The translations under genes were made by a program, and so were the position numbers. Under the pieces are notes generated by a model. The model did no database searches. It had not been told where the DNA came from and saw only the letters and a program-made list of their open reading frames with translations. A stretch of DNA of 64,000 bases from a virus: positions 15,675 through 79,674 of the IMG/VR virus record IMGVR_UViG_3300009499_000008; one strand, 5' to 3'. Positions 18,075-27,066 of the stretch are shown in pieces (position 1 is the first letter of the stretch; each line of letters begins with the position of its first letter).

Positions 18075-20140
18075 CAACAATCAAAAAACGCGACGGAAGA
18101 GTAGTCACATTCAATCAACAAAAGATAACTAATGCTATTTTCAAAGCTGCACAATCAGTCGGCGGCGATGATATGTCGCTTGCAGTGCATAATTCTAACG
18201 ACGTTCTTCGTGTGCTCAGAGAACGCTTCAACACAAATACGCCTACTGTGGAAGACATCCAAGACGTTGTTGAGGAAATCCTCATCAAAAATGGACACGC
18301 CAAGACTGCTAAGGCATATATTCTATACAGGGACTTACACAGAAAGCTCAGGGATGTCCGCGCATTGATAGATGCCAACGAACTTATCAACGGTTACTTG
18401 GATAGGACCGATTGGAGAGTACAAGAGAACGCTAATATGGGATATTCCTTACAAGGACTCAATAATCATATATTCACTGAAGTAAACCGCACTTATTGGT
18501 TGAATTCTTTGTATCCACGAGAAGCTAGAGACGCACATATCAGTGGTGATTTGCACATCCACGATCTTTATTTGCTCGCGCCATACTGCACAGGATGGGA
18601 TTTAGAGGACTTGCTTATCATGGGCTTTGGTGGTGCTCCTGGTAAGTTAGAGTGCGCTCCTGCAAAACATCTTTCATCTGCTTTAGGACAGGTGGTGAAC
18701 TTTTTATACACAGTTCAAGGTGAGGTAGCTGGAGCAATTGCTTTCTCTAATTTCGACACCTTACTCGCTCCTTTTATTTCTTTTGATAGTTTGAGCAAAC
18801 AAGAGGTGCGACAGCAGCTTCAAGAGTTCATCTTTAATATGAATGTGCCTACACGGGTGGGCTTCCAATCGATATTTTCTAATATCACTTTAGATCTTAT
18901 CGTACCAGAACATCTAAAAGAGGAAAATATAATCATTGGCGGTGAGGCATATGATGAAGTATACGGAGACTTTCAAGCGGAGATGGACTTACTGAATGAG
19001 TGCTTGCTCGAAATTATGTTAGAAGGCGATGCTGCTGGAAAGCCCTTTACTTTCCCTATACCTACAGTGAATATCACCAAAGACTTTGATTGGGACAACC
19101 CACGATATAATCCCCTGTGGGAAATCACTCGAAAGTATGGCATTCCTTATTTCGCCAATTTCGTCAATTCCAACCTCTGCCCTGATGATGTGAGAAGTAT
19201 GTGTTGTCGATTGCAACTTGACATAACCGACCTAATGCGTCGCGCAGGGGGCTTATTTGGTTCAGCCCCTTCAACAGGCTCCATCGGAGTAGTAACGCTA
19301 AATCTTGCTAGAATAGGCTATTTGACCAAAAACAAGGAGGAATTTCTTCAACGAGTCGGCGAACTCATGGACGTTGCCAAAGACAGTCTTTTGACTAAAC
19401 GAAAGATCGTAGAACAATTCACTGAGCAGGGGCTTTATCCCTACTCGAAGCACTACTTAGTTTACACCAAGGAGCGTTTCGGCGGCTGGTGGAGTGGCCA
19501 TTTCAATACTATAGGCTTGTGTGGTATGAACGAAGCTATGTTAAACCTTTTGAAGAGGGGTTTAGTTTCAGCAGAGGCTAGGAGTTTCTCTAAAGAAGTT
19601 TTGGAGTTTATGAATGAGAGACTCTTGCAATATCAAAATGACACAGGGCAATTATTCAACCTCGAAGCCACTCCAGCGGAGAGTACAGCTTATCGCTTCG
19701 CTCTTTTAGATAAAGCAGCCTATCCTGATATAATCACCGCTGGAGAAGATACGCCATATTACACGAATAGCACACAGTTACCAGTGAATGCCACCGACGA
19801 TCTATTTCAGGCACTTGAATGGCAGGATGAAACTTTGCCCTTGTACACAGGTGGAAGTGTCTTTCATGCCTTCTTGGGTGAGCAGATGCCCTCCGCCACC
19901 GCTGTGAAGAGTCTCGTGCAGAAGATAGCCACAAAGTTTAGACTTCCCTATTTTACAATAACTCCGACGTTTTCCATCTGCCCGAACCACGGTTATCTGA
20001 ATGGCGAAAAAGAGGAATGTCCTAACTGTAATGAGAATCCATTGATTTACAGTCGCGTGGTCGGCTATCTGCGGCCTGTGAGTGAATGGAATGCTGGAAA
20101 GGTCAGTGAATACAAAGATAGGAGGGTATTTGAGATATGA
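18068..20140 (+). CDS. nrdD: Anaerobic (class III) ribonucleoside-triphosphate reductase with ATP cone
   Basis: KRDGR ATP cone, SMCCRL, EATPAE, CPNC, YSRVVGYLRPV glycyl-radical loop. Confidence 0.95.
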   Translation: MLTTIKKRDGRVVTFNQQKITNAIFKAAQSVGGDDMSLAVHNSNDVLRVLRERFNTNTPTVEDIQDVVEEILIKNGHAKTAKAYILYRDLHRKLRDVRALIDANELINGYLDRTDWRVQENANMGYSLQGLNNHIFTEVNRTYWLNSLYPREARDAHISGDLHIHDLYLLAPYCTGWDLEDLLIMGFGGAPGKLECAPAKHLSSALGQVVNFLYTVQGEVAGAIAFSNFDTLLAPFISFDSLSKQEVRQQLQEFIFNMNVPTRVGFQSIFSNITLDLIVPEHLKEENIIIGGEAYDEVYGDFQAEMDLLNECLLEIMLEGDAAGKPFTFPIPTVNITKDFDWDNPRYNPLWEITRKYGIPYFANFVNSNLCPDDVRSMCCRLQLDITDLMRRAGGLFGSAPSTGSIGVVTLNLARIGYLTKNKEEFLQRVGELMDVAKDSLLTKRKIVEQFTEQGLYPYSKHYLVYTKERFGGWWSGHFNTIGLCGMNEAMLNLLKRGLVSAEARSFSKEVLEFMNERLLQYQNDTGQLFNLEATPAESTAYRFALLDKAAYPDIITAGEDTPYYTNSTQLPVNATDDLFQALEWQDETLPLYTGGSVFHAFLGEQMPSATAVKSLVQKIATKFRLPYFTITPTFSICPNHGYLNGEKEECPNCNENPLIYSRVVGYLRPVSEWNAGKVSEYKDRRVFEI

Positions 20141-20367
20141 ATCTCTATGAAATTACAACTGGTGGTTGGGGTGAGAGTTATCTGCGAGCCTATGCTTGGG
20201 CAGCGTCTGAGGAGCAAACTCTAAAGATGGGAGAGAAAGAATATGGTATGTCCTTTGATACACCCTTTAGTGATAGACGATTATTAATTAAGATCCGTTT
20301 GCTTTTCAGTGATGATGCTGAACCATTTTGTACACCATTTAGTGATACTGGATTTGACGATGAGTAA
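20137..20367 (+). CDS. Hypothetical protein
   Basis: ATGA overlap. Confidence 0.6.
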   Translation: MNLYEITTGGWGESYLRAYAWAASEEQTLKMGEKEYGMSFDTPFSDRRLLIKIRLLFSDDAEPFCTPFSDTGFDDE

Positions 20368-20407
20368 TGCACCCAAAATAGGGGCAATTGCACCCAAATC
20401 AGGTGCG
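20368..20407. repeat. Tandem pair of 19-bp imperfect palindromes (copies 1-2)
   Basis: TGCACCCAAAATAGGGGCA-AT-TGCACCCAAATCAGGTGCG. Confidence 0.75.
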
Positions 20408-20422
20408 CCCAGAGGAGGAGCG

Positions 20423-20719
20423 ATGAAACTGACTGAGCCACAGAAGCAGGTGCTGAGGACGATGCTGGAGTTTGACAGCATAATCTCTGTGGTTCCTTGG
20501 GGCGGGCGATGGGACATATCGGCGATTCCCGATTTAGAGTATGGACCATTCCGACCGCGTGTCGCGACTCTGCGCGTCCTCAGGCGGCTGGGACTCTTGC
20601 ACCGCGAGCCTATAGGCGGCCTCGAATTTGAATTCTCCCTCGCCCCCAAGGGCCGCGAGATTGCCGAGGAGTTGCAGGATGAGCCTGGAGGCTCTGCCAG
20701 GGGTGTACGAGGTCAATGA
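20423..20719 (+). CDS. Winged-helix-like protein (similar to 11515)
   Basis: LTEPQKQVL, TLRVLRRLGLL, SLAPKGRE. Confidence 0.65.
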   Translation: MKLTEPQKQVLRTMLEFDSIISVVPWGGRWDISAIPDLEYGPFRPRVATLRVLRRLGLLHREPIGGLEFEFSLAPKGREIAEELQDEPGGSARGVRGQ

Positions 20720-20762
20720 GTGCGGGCTTGTCCGACGGGGCAAGCGGATAGGCGGGGCTTGA
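20679..20762 (+). pseudogene. 27-codon NUMOD4-like homing endonuclease remnant
   Basis: GAGGAG SD; LPGVYEVNECGLVRR then early stop. Confidence 0.45.
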
Positions 20763-20780
20763 CAGCGAGAAGGAGGACAC

Positions 20781-21056
20781 ATGCTGAAGGTAGGTGATCG
20801 AGTGAGAATCTGTCTAGGCAGTCATTTCTCTAGGCTACCATCGCGTCTCATTGGGCAGGGGGGAATAATCATATATCTCGAACCGCAGGAATGTGAGTTC
20901 CCAATGCAGATAGTGCATATTGATGGCGAAGGCGAGATTGACTGCTATAAGGATGAACTGGAGCTCGTGCTGGCAGGCGAGGAACAAGAGGAAGCTGCTG
21001 AACGAGCCCAGGCCAAGACTCTGCTGAACGCGCTAGATGAAATCTGGGGCATATGA
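20781..21056 (+). CDS. KOW/SH3-like small protein
   Basis: LKVGDRVRI...G.I...ELEL. Confidence 0.65.
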   Translation: MLKVGDRVRICLGSHFSRLPSRLIGQGGIIIYLEPQECEFPMQIVHIDGEGEIDCYKDELELVLAGEEQEEAAERAQAKTLLNALDEIWGI

Positions 21057-21070
21057 GGCCCCGCGCTAAC

Positions 21071-21110
21071 CGTACCCAAATCGGATACGATTGCACCCAA
21101 AATGGGTACA
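21071..21110. repeat. Tandem pair of 19-bp imperfect palindromes (copies 3-4)
   Basis: CGTACCCAAATCGGATACG-AT-TGCACCCAAAATGGGTACA. Confidence 0.75.
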
Positions 21111-21123
21111 GAAAGGGAAGATT

Positions 21124-22758
21124 ATGACAGGAATTTCAATAATTCAAGGTGATGTTATTGAGGTTCTCAAGGATTATCCAGATGAGTCTTTCACCGCTTG
21201 TTTCTGTGATCCGCCATATGGCCTCAAATTTATGGGTAAAGAATGGGATCACGGTGTTCCAGCAATTCCTTATTGGGCAGAGGTACTACGTGTGCTCAAG
21301 CCTGGCGCAGTGCTCATGGCATTTGGAGGCACGAGAACTTGGCATCGGTTGGGAGTGGCCATTGAGGACGCGGGATTCGAGTTGTTCGATACTATGATGT
21401 GGCTTCATGGACAGGGATTTCCGAAATCTCATAGTATTGGGAAAGCGCTGGACAAGGCGGCTGGCGCGGAACGAGAGGTGATAGGGCAAGCAGATCGCAG
21501 AAGTGGCCCTGGTCGTCATATGGCTGCCTTGGCTGGACATCGTGGCGAGAGTGTCATCCCAAACATCACTGCACCCGCCACCGACGCCGCCAAGATCTGG
21601 GAAGGTTATGGGACTTCCCTTAAGCCCGCCTGGGAGCCAATCCTCCTAGTTCGCAAACCCCGCACCGCGACGTATGCGCAGACTGCGATGGAGCACGGTT
21701 CTTCTGCTCTCAACATCGACGGTTGTAGAATTGCCAGTGCCAAACCCCATGTCATCAATACATGGGATGATGGCGCTAAACCTTTTGGTGATGGTGCAGG
21801 GCATCCCTTTACAGGTCGTCAACAAAGTGGAAGATGGCCAGCGAATTTGATACTTGACGAAGTAGTGGCGGAGATGCTGGATGCACAACAGAAAGGAACC
21901 TCACGGTTTTTCTACTGTGCAAAAAGTTCACGACGAGAAAGAGATGCAGGATTAGAAGAGTTTGACAGTACGGAACAAGTATGCTATGATGAAACTCTAC
22001 CACTAACCGAACAGGAGAGTTTATCATGGGAAAGCACGGGCCTCATTCAAGCCATCCAAGTGGCTACGGATGGACTACAAAGAAGGGCTATCATCGTTTC
22101 TGCCTTTGGAATCCTGCCACCAAAAGTAGTAGACTTGTGCTTGCTCATGTGTATGTTTGGGAGAAAGCCAATGGGTCGATTCCTACAGGCTCTACTTTGC
22201 ATCATATCAACGGCGACAGGCAAGACAATCGCATTGAAAATCTACAACTTGTTACATTCTTGGAGCATAAGCGAATCCACAGCGGATGTGAACTCCGAAA
22301 TGGTGTATGGTGGAAACCATGTAGCATCTGTGGAGAATTCAAACCAATTATCAAAGAACATTGGTACTTCTCCAAAGAAGGTTGGCCTCTCTATGGAAGA
22401 TGTAAACCGTGCCACATCAAAATTGTCGTCATCAAAAAGCGTGCTCGAAAAGCTAGACAAAAGATGCAGACGTAAACCAGCGCACCCAACCATAAAGCCG
22501 CTTGCTCTTTGTAAATATCTAGCCACTCTCATCATCCCACCAGAAGAGTATCGAGACGATGCTAACCTCCTGATCCCCTTCGCTGGTGTAATGAGTGAAG
22601 CAATCGGAGCACTCTTAGCAGGGTGGAGAAATATCACCGCGATTGAACTTGAGAAGGAATATTGTGAGATTGGTCAAAAGCGTATTGATTGGTGGGTTGT
22701 CAAAATAAAAGAAACTGGACTAACCGATCCTAAAGCTATTCTAAAGAGAGGAAGCTGA
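21124..22758 (+). CDS. DNA amino-methyltransferase (beta class) with about 170-aa in-frame insertion
   Basis: DPPY, GFPKS, LKPAWEP, GRWPAN, SRFFYCAK, HPTIKP, IPFAG; insert between AGLEEFD and HPTIKP. Confidence 0.85.
   Translation: MTGISIIQGDVIEVLKDYPDESFTACFCDPPYGLKFMGKEWDHGVPAIPYWAEVLRVLKPGAVLMAFGGTRTWHRLGVAIEDAGFELFDTMMWLHGQGFPKSHSIGKALDKAAGAEREVIGQADRRSGPGRHMAALAGHRGESVIPNITAPATDAAKIWEGYGTSLKPAWEPILLVRKPRTATYAQTAMEHGSSALNIDGCRIASAKPHVINTWDDGAKPFGDGAGHPFTGRQQSGRWPANLILDEVVAEMLDAQQKGTSRFFYCAKSSRRERDAGLEEFDSTEQVCYDETLPLTEQESLSWESTGLIQAIQVATDGLQRRAIIVSAFGILPPKVVDLCLLMCMFGRKPMGRFLQALLCIISTATGKTIALKIYNLLHSWSISESTADVNSEMVYGGNHVASVENSNQLSKNIGTSPKKVGLSMEDVNRATSKLSSSKSVLEKLDKRCRRKPAHPTIKPLALCKYLATLIIPPEEYRDDANLLIPFAGVMSEAIGALLAGWRNITAIELEKEYCEIGQKRIDWWVVKIKETGLTDPKAILKRGS
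21962..21990 (+). promoter_or_regulatory. Intragenic sigma70 promoter TTGACA-17-TATGAT with extended -10 TG
   Basis: 11/12 consensus, 35 bp upstream of the nested HNH ATG. Confidence 0.8.
22026..22475 (+). CDS. HNH endonuclease nested out of frame within the methyltransferase gene
   Basis: AGGAG SD at 22013-22017; HVYVWE..NG.IP....HHINGDRQDNRIENL; C-terminal CxxC...CxxC. Confidence 0.88.
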   Translation: MGKHGPHSSHPSGYGWTTKKGYHRFCLWNPATKSSRLVLAHVYVWEKANGSIPTGSTLHHINGDRQDNRIENLQLVTFLEHKRIHSGCELRNGVWWKPCSICGEFKPIIKEHWYFSKEGWPLYGRCKPCHIKIVVIKKRARKARQKMQT

Positions 22759-23162
22759 TGTTAATCCTAGCACTTGACCCAGGAGAAACCACGGGCTATG
22801 TCGTCGCCGAGATCGATGGACTCGATTACGACATAAAAATCAGTGGGCAATTTCCTAATTGGCAAATGCTTGAGGCGTTGATAACTTACTGGTTGCCAGA
22901 TAGAATCATCTATGAAGCATTTTATCTCTCACCACAGATAGCCAAGTACAAGACTCGAAGCACTCTACCAACTGTGGAAGTCATCGGAGTACTCAAATTT
23001 CTTGCTTGGCAATACTCAACTCCATTAGTAGCCCAGCCGCCATCAGCTAAGGAGCTTGTGTCATTGCCACGTTACATCGCTGGCGTTTCTGGCCCACACG
23101 CTAGAGACGCTCTAAGACATTTGATTGCTTATTTAAGATTAAGAGGAGGAAATCAAACGTGA
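22758..23162 (+). CDS. RuvC-like Holliday junction resolvase
   Basis: ILALDPGETTG, IYE, HARDA. Confidence 0.8.
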   Translation: MLILALDPGETTGYVVAEIDGLDYDIKISGQFPNWQMLEALITYWLPDRIIYEAFYLSPQIAKYKTRSTLPTVEVIGVLKFLAWQYSTPLVAQPPSAKELVSLPRYIAGVSGPHARDALRHLIAYLRLRGGNQT

Positions 23163-23371
23163 AATGCCAAAATTTTAGCCGTTATAAACGTAGATTCTTT
23201 TCTCAGCGTTGCAAAGGATCGGCGAGGGTGACACTCACTTTAGAATGTCGTGAGGAAGAGAAAATAGTTTTGGAGCTTTGCAACGCCTGCGCATATGCAA
23301 TTGCTAAAGATGCTCTAGGACTTGGATGGAGTGCGAATTTGAAAAGGGTGCATAGAGAGGAGGCCAAATGA
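23159..23371 (+). CDS. Small Cys-containing protein
   Basis: GGAGG SD; LCNAC. Confidence 0.6.
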   Translation: MKCQNFSRYKRRFFSQRCKGSARVTLTLECREEEKIVLELCNACAYAIAKDALGLGWSANLKRVHREEAK

Positions 23372-24210
23372 AAATCGTTAGCTATTCGCAGCTTCGTAGT
23401 CTCACTCGTTGTCGGTGGCAATGGGGTATAAGATATTTAAAGAGGCTTTACTCAAAAGAGCAAAAGGATTATATGGGTATTGGCAAGCTCGTCCACAATG
23501 CCCTAGCGCAATTTTACGGACTTGGAGAAATCAATTGGGAAGTGCTTCGTTCTGAGTTTATGGGAGATTTAAGACCAGAAATACTTGCTGAAAGTAAACG
23601 GGTTGTAGCTGCTTATTTAGTAAGCGGTAAGGCAGAATTTCCTGGTCGGATTTTGGGAGTGGAATTCCCCTTTCAAGTTAGACTTCCCTTCGATGTAATC
23701 CTAGTGGGTTGGATTGACCTGATAACTAAGATAGATGGTAAGATTTGGCTCTGGGATCATAAGACGTCTTCTAGGATGACTAAGCAAATTACCCATCCTG
23801 AGAGAGATCAGCTATCTCTTTATGCTTGGAGTTTGATGAAGCTGGGCGCTCCTATAGGCGGCTTCGGCGTAAACCGTCTTATTTATACGAAAAAGCCAAA
23901 TTTTGCTAGGTTTTCTGAGGAGGTGAGTGATGCTGGCTTGGCTCTGCGAAGCAAGAATTTTATGGCTAGTTATAAGGCGCTCCCATCAGAAGATATTATA
24001 ATGATCGATCTTCCGAGATCTTTTCAGAACGACTGTGATTTTCGCTGTGACTATAAAGAGTTATGTAAACTCGATCTTTATGGTAAAACAGGGGAACTAC
24101 ATCGATTAATTGCTGAGGAATTTCGCTACTCTGAACGCGGTGATACTGCGGCATATCTGGAGAAATACAATACTGAGTTGCCTGCGTGGTGGTTGGAAGA
24201 GGAGGAATGA
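23368..24210 (+). CDS. PD-(D/E)XK Cas4/RecB-like exonuclease
   Basis: SYSQL...C, G..VH, GWID, DHKT, QL..Y, C...C.Y..LC. Confidence 0.85.
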   Translation: MKIVSYSQLRSLTRCRWQWGIRYLKRLYSKEQKDYMGIGKLVHNALAQFYGLGEINWEVLRSEFMGDLRPEILAESKRVVAAYLVSGKAEFPGRILGVEFPFQVRLPFDVILVGWIDLITKIDGKIWLWDHKTSSRMTKQITHPERDQLSLYAWSLMKLGAPIGGFGVNRLIYTKKPNFARFSEEVSDAGLALRSKNFMASYKALPSEDIIMIDLPRSFQNDCDFRCDYKELCKLDLYGKTGELHRLIAEEFRYSERGDTAAYLEKYNTELPAWWLEEEE

Positions 24211-24539
24211 TGAAGACTTGGTTTGAGTTGCTTCGGGCGACATTCTGGCATGGATTCATGTTTAGTCTATTGAAGCCAAAAGCTACGACGAAACTGGGTG
24301 GGCTTTTAGGCTATATCGGTCGTGATTTGGTCAGCAAGGCGGCAGTAGATGCTGATTCCTTGCTCAAGCATGTTCTGCTGGCCTATCTCTGTGATTTGGA
24401 AAGCCATCGGTGTTTTGGGAAGACTATCACTGGGGCTACTTGGATACGTGCACCAAAGGGCGGACCATATCCCAAGGAACTACCACACGCATTGCAGTGG
24501 ATGGCGAATCGTGGAGCTAGTATCACGCCAATAGTATAG
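24207..24539 (+). CDS. Panacea/SocA (DUF4065)-like protein
   Basis: LLK.VLLAYLCDLE....FGKTITG..W....GGPYP. Confidence 0.55.
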   Translation: MMKTWFELLRATFWHGFMFSLLKPKATTKLGGLLGYIGRDLVSKAAVDADSLLKHVLLAYLCDLESHRCFGKTITGATWIRAPKGGPYPKELPHALQWMANRGASITPIV

Positions 24540-24544
24540 AGATT

Positions 24545-26239
24545 ATGATTAAGCTTCTTCCTAAAACCAATAAATACACACCGAAGTTATTTGTATTCGG
24601 CGCAGCCGCTGCTCCGACGTGGCGAATGCTTGAGGGAATCACAGGTGTGAAAAAATGCCCCACAGGGATAGTCCTTCCTCTCAATGCCCGATTATGTGAG
24701 CTTGTGTACTGGACGACCAAAAGCCCTCTCGATCCAGGTGTACAGGCATGGTACAAAGAAACCATTGCTGAGGAGAATCGAAAAATACAACTCTTACTTA
24801 GGGAAGACGCTTCCCTGCATCATCCGAATGCTAATCGCCTGTGGCCATTCCAGAGAGTTTCTGCTGATTTCATCGTTAAGACGAAACGCGCTCTCTTAGC
24901 ATCCGACATGGGCGTTGGAAAGACGGCAACAACCATCATAGCTGTTGAAGAGAGTACACAAAATGACAAAGTATTAGTAATCTGTCCAAATTCGTTGAAG
25001 ACTTGGTGGAAGAAGGAAAAACAAGCATGGACTGCTTTCCCTAATCAGCCAATTACTATAGTCGAGACGAAGACGCGGAGAGATATACTTTCTGTATATA
25101 GTGATGGCTGGCTCATTGGTAATTATGCACAGGTGAGAGCCGAGGCTAAGTCCATCAGTCAGCAAAGCATTTATTCAGGATCTAAACAGTTTAATATCAA
25201 TATCCTTAGAGAACGATCTCTTTACTTCTCGACTGAGTGGGACTGGCTCATCCTCGACGAAGCGCAGACTATCCGAAATAGAAAGACGCAAATCGCCTAC
25301 TTGACAAAGCAACTGAAATTCAAGAATTGCTGTCTTCTCACAGGTACACCTTTTGGCAATGATCCATCAGAGTTATGGTCACTCCTAAATTTCATCAATC
25401 CAAAAAAGTATACCAGCTTCTGGCGCTTCTTTGAATTATACGTTGATTACGACCAAGATTATTGGGGCACTAGACACATCAAAGGTGTAAAGCGTCCTAA
25501 ATTATTGCGGAGAGAGCTGGCTCCTAGAATGATTCGTAAGACGAAAGCGGAAGTGATGCCTTTCTTGCCTGAAAAGCTCTATCAAACTATCCCCCTTGAA
25601 TTATTACCTCGGCAAAATAAGCACTACGACGATATGGCAAAGAAGTTCTATATTGAGCTTTCAGAGACGAAGAAACTTTACGCCGTGAACGTCATTTCGA
25701 TGATCACACGCCTTCGACAAATTCTAAGTACTCCAGCAAATTTCGACTTGCCCGACGAAAGCGTCAAGCTCGACGCCGCATTAGATATTATCCTCGGCAC
25801 AGATAATAGAATTGTTATATTCACAGCCTTTAGAAAAACTGTAGAAGCCCTGTGTAAACGGTTAACTAAGAATAAGATCTCCCACACAAAAATATGGGGC
25901 GGGATGACCTCTGAGCAAGTGAGCCAAGCGGAGGCAGAGCTGAACGCTGGTGAAATCAAAGTTTTAGTAGCAACTTTGCAGGCTGGTGGTGTGGGGCTTA
26001 ACTTAGTCGGGGCGAATGTAGCTATCTTCGTAGATCGCCACTATAATCCAGAAAAACAGAGACAAGCAGAAGATAGACTACACCGTGGCGGACAAACACA
26101 AAAAGTACACATAATCAATCTTTATTGCTCAAATACTGTAGACGACATGGTGGAAGCAATTTTGAGTAGAAAAATCAGTATGCAAACGGCTGTGTTAGGT
26201 CCAGCGTTTTTAGAAGACTTGAAAAGGAGATTAAAATGA
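24545..26239 (+). CDS. SNF2-family helicase
   Basis: DMGVGKT, DEAQ, LTGTP, GVGLNL, QAEDRLHRGGQ. Confidence 0.92.
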   Translation: MIKLLPKTNKYTPKLFVFGAAAAPTWRMLEGITGVKKCPTGIVLPLNARLCELVYWTTKSPLDPGVQAWYKETIAEENRKIQLLLREDASLHHPNANRLWPFQRVSADFIVKTKRALLASDMGVGKTATTIIAVEESTQNDKVLVICPNSLKTWWKKEKQAWTAFPNQPITIVETKTRRDILSVYSDGWLIGNYAQVRAEAKSISQQSIYSGSKQFNINILRERSLYFSTEWDWLILDEAQTIRNRKTQIAYLTKQLKFKNCCLLTGTPFGNDPSELWSLLNFINPKKYTSFWRFFELYVDYDQDYWGTRHIKGVKRPKLLRRELAPRMIRKTKAEVMPFLPEKLYQTIPLELLPRQNKHYDDMAKKFYIELSETKKLYAVNVISMITRLRQILSTPANFDLPDESVKLDAALDIILGTDNRIVIFTAFRKTVEALCKRLTKNKISHTKIWGGMTSEQVSQAEAELNAGEIKVLVATLQAGGVGLNLVGANVAIFVDRHYNPEKQRQAEDRLHRGGQTQKVHIINLYCSNTVDDMVEAILSRKISMQTAVLGPAFLEDLKRRLK

Positions 26240-26643
26240 AAGTATACTTAGCAGGTAATGTTCATACTGATTGGCGTCAGGCGGTCATAGATCATTGTCC
26301 TGACATTGAATTCCTTCAACCTTATAAGGATGCTCATGGTCGTTTTGTGGTTACTGAGGAAGGTGTTAGCTTATTGCCTCCTACTCACTTTACATTGCGA
26401 GATCTGCTATTCGTTGACAATAGTGATATAGTTTTTGGATACATTACTCCATATGGAGAGCATAGTAGACATCACGGCCTAATGATCGAGCTTGGTTATG
26501 CAAAGGCTCTTAATATACCAATCGTTCTTGTATGCGAGATCCCAGAATTCGATATGGCCACGGCGATTGCAAACGTAGTTTTCGGCTCCTTAGTAGAAGG
26601 AGCACAATTCTTAAATTTCCTAATTCGGGATAACCCAATCTAG
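26236..26643 (+). CDS. Nucleoside 2-deoxyribosyltransferase / nucleotide N-hydrolase-like protein
   Basis: KVYLAG, DL..VD.SDIV, G..IELGYA.AL..P. Confidence 0.75.
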   Translation: MKVYLAGNVHTDWRQAVIDHCPDIEFLQPYKDAHGRFVVTEEGVSLLPPTHFTLRDLLFVDNSDIVFGYITPYGEHSRHHGLMIELGYAKALNIPIVLVCEIPEFDMATAIANVVFGSLVEGAQFLNFLIRDNPI

Positions 26644-26661
26644 ATAGAAGAGATCAAAGCT

Positions 26662-27066
26662 GTGAATTTATTAGCTTTCCTATTTGCATTTTTCCAACTC
26701 ATCGACAAAGAAGCCATCTGCACTTGGTACGGTGAGGAATTTCTTGGTCAACGTCATGCGGCGAGTTGGCATCAACAAACTCCAGTAGGTTTTCCAGAAG
26801 TAGTCACTAGGACTCACTTTGGCGTCGCTGCACCGCCAGATATTCCCTTTGGAACAAGATTGTTCATCACTAGATTAGCCCCGTGCAATCCTCTCTGCTC
26901 ACAGGAGTATAATAATACGTCAATCATAGTAACCGTAGTAGACCGCAAAGCCTCCTTAGCACAGGGTAGTTACGATCTATGGCCCGCTGCGGCTAGGGCA
27001 CTTGGTTTTGGCCCATCCTTTGATGGAGACATTGGTTGTATCAAGATTAGGGTTGTTTCTTTATAA
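26662..27066 (+). CDS. RlpA/DPBB-like secreted protein (possible lytic transglycosylase)
   Basis: Hydrophobic N-terminus, TWYG, AA...PFGT, V.V.DR, DL..AAA..LG. Confidence 0.7.
   Translation: MNLLAFLFAFFQLIDKEAICTWYGEEFLGQRHAASWHQQTPVGFPEVVTRTHFGVAAPPDIPFGTRLFITRLAPCNPLCSQEYNNTSIIVTVVDRKASLAQGSYDLWPAAARALGFGPSFDGDIGCIKIRVVSL

Noticed and set aside
11830-20140. Inteins in primase, polymerase or NrdD
   Set aside because: Motif spacing and lengths are normal, with no splice-junction motifs.
20368-21110. CRISPR array
   Set aside because: Repeats are adjacent without spacers and degenerate; the Cas4-like gene is a typical phage exonuclease.
21960-22480. Group I/II intron or intein explaining the MTase insertion
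   Set aside because: The insert is almost entirely promoter, SD and HNH ORF, with no room for a ribozyme core. The MTase frame lacks an intein His-Asn/Cys-Ser-Thr junction and the HNH is out of frame.
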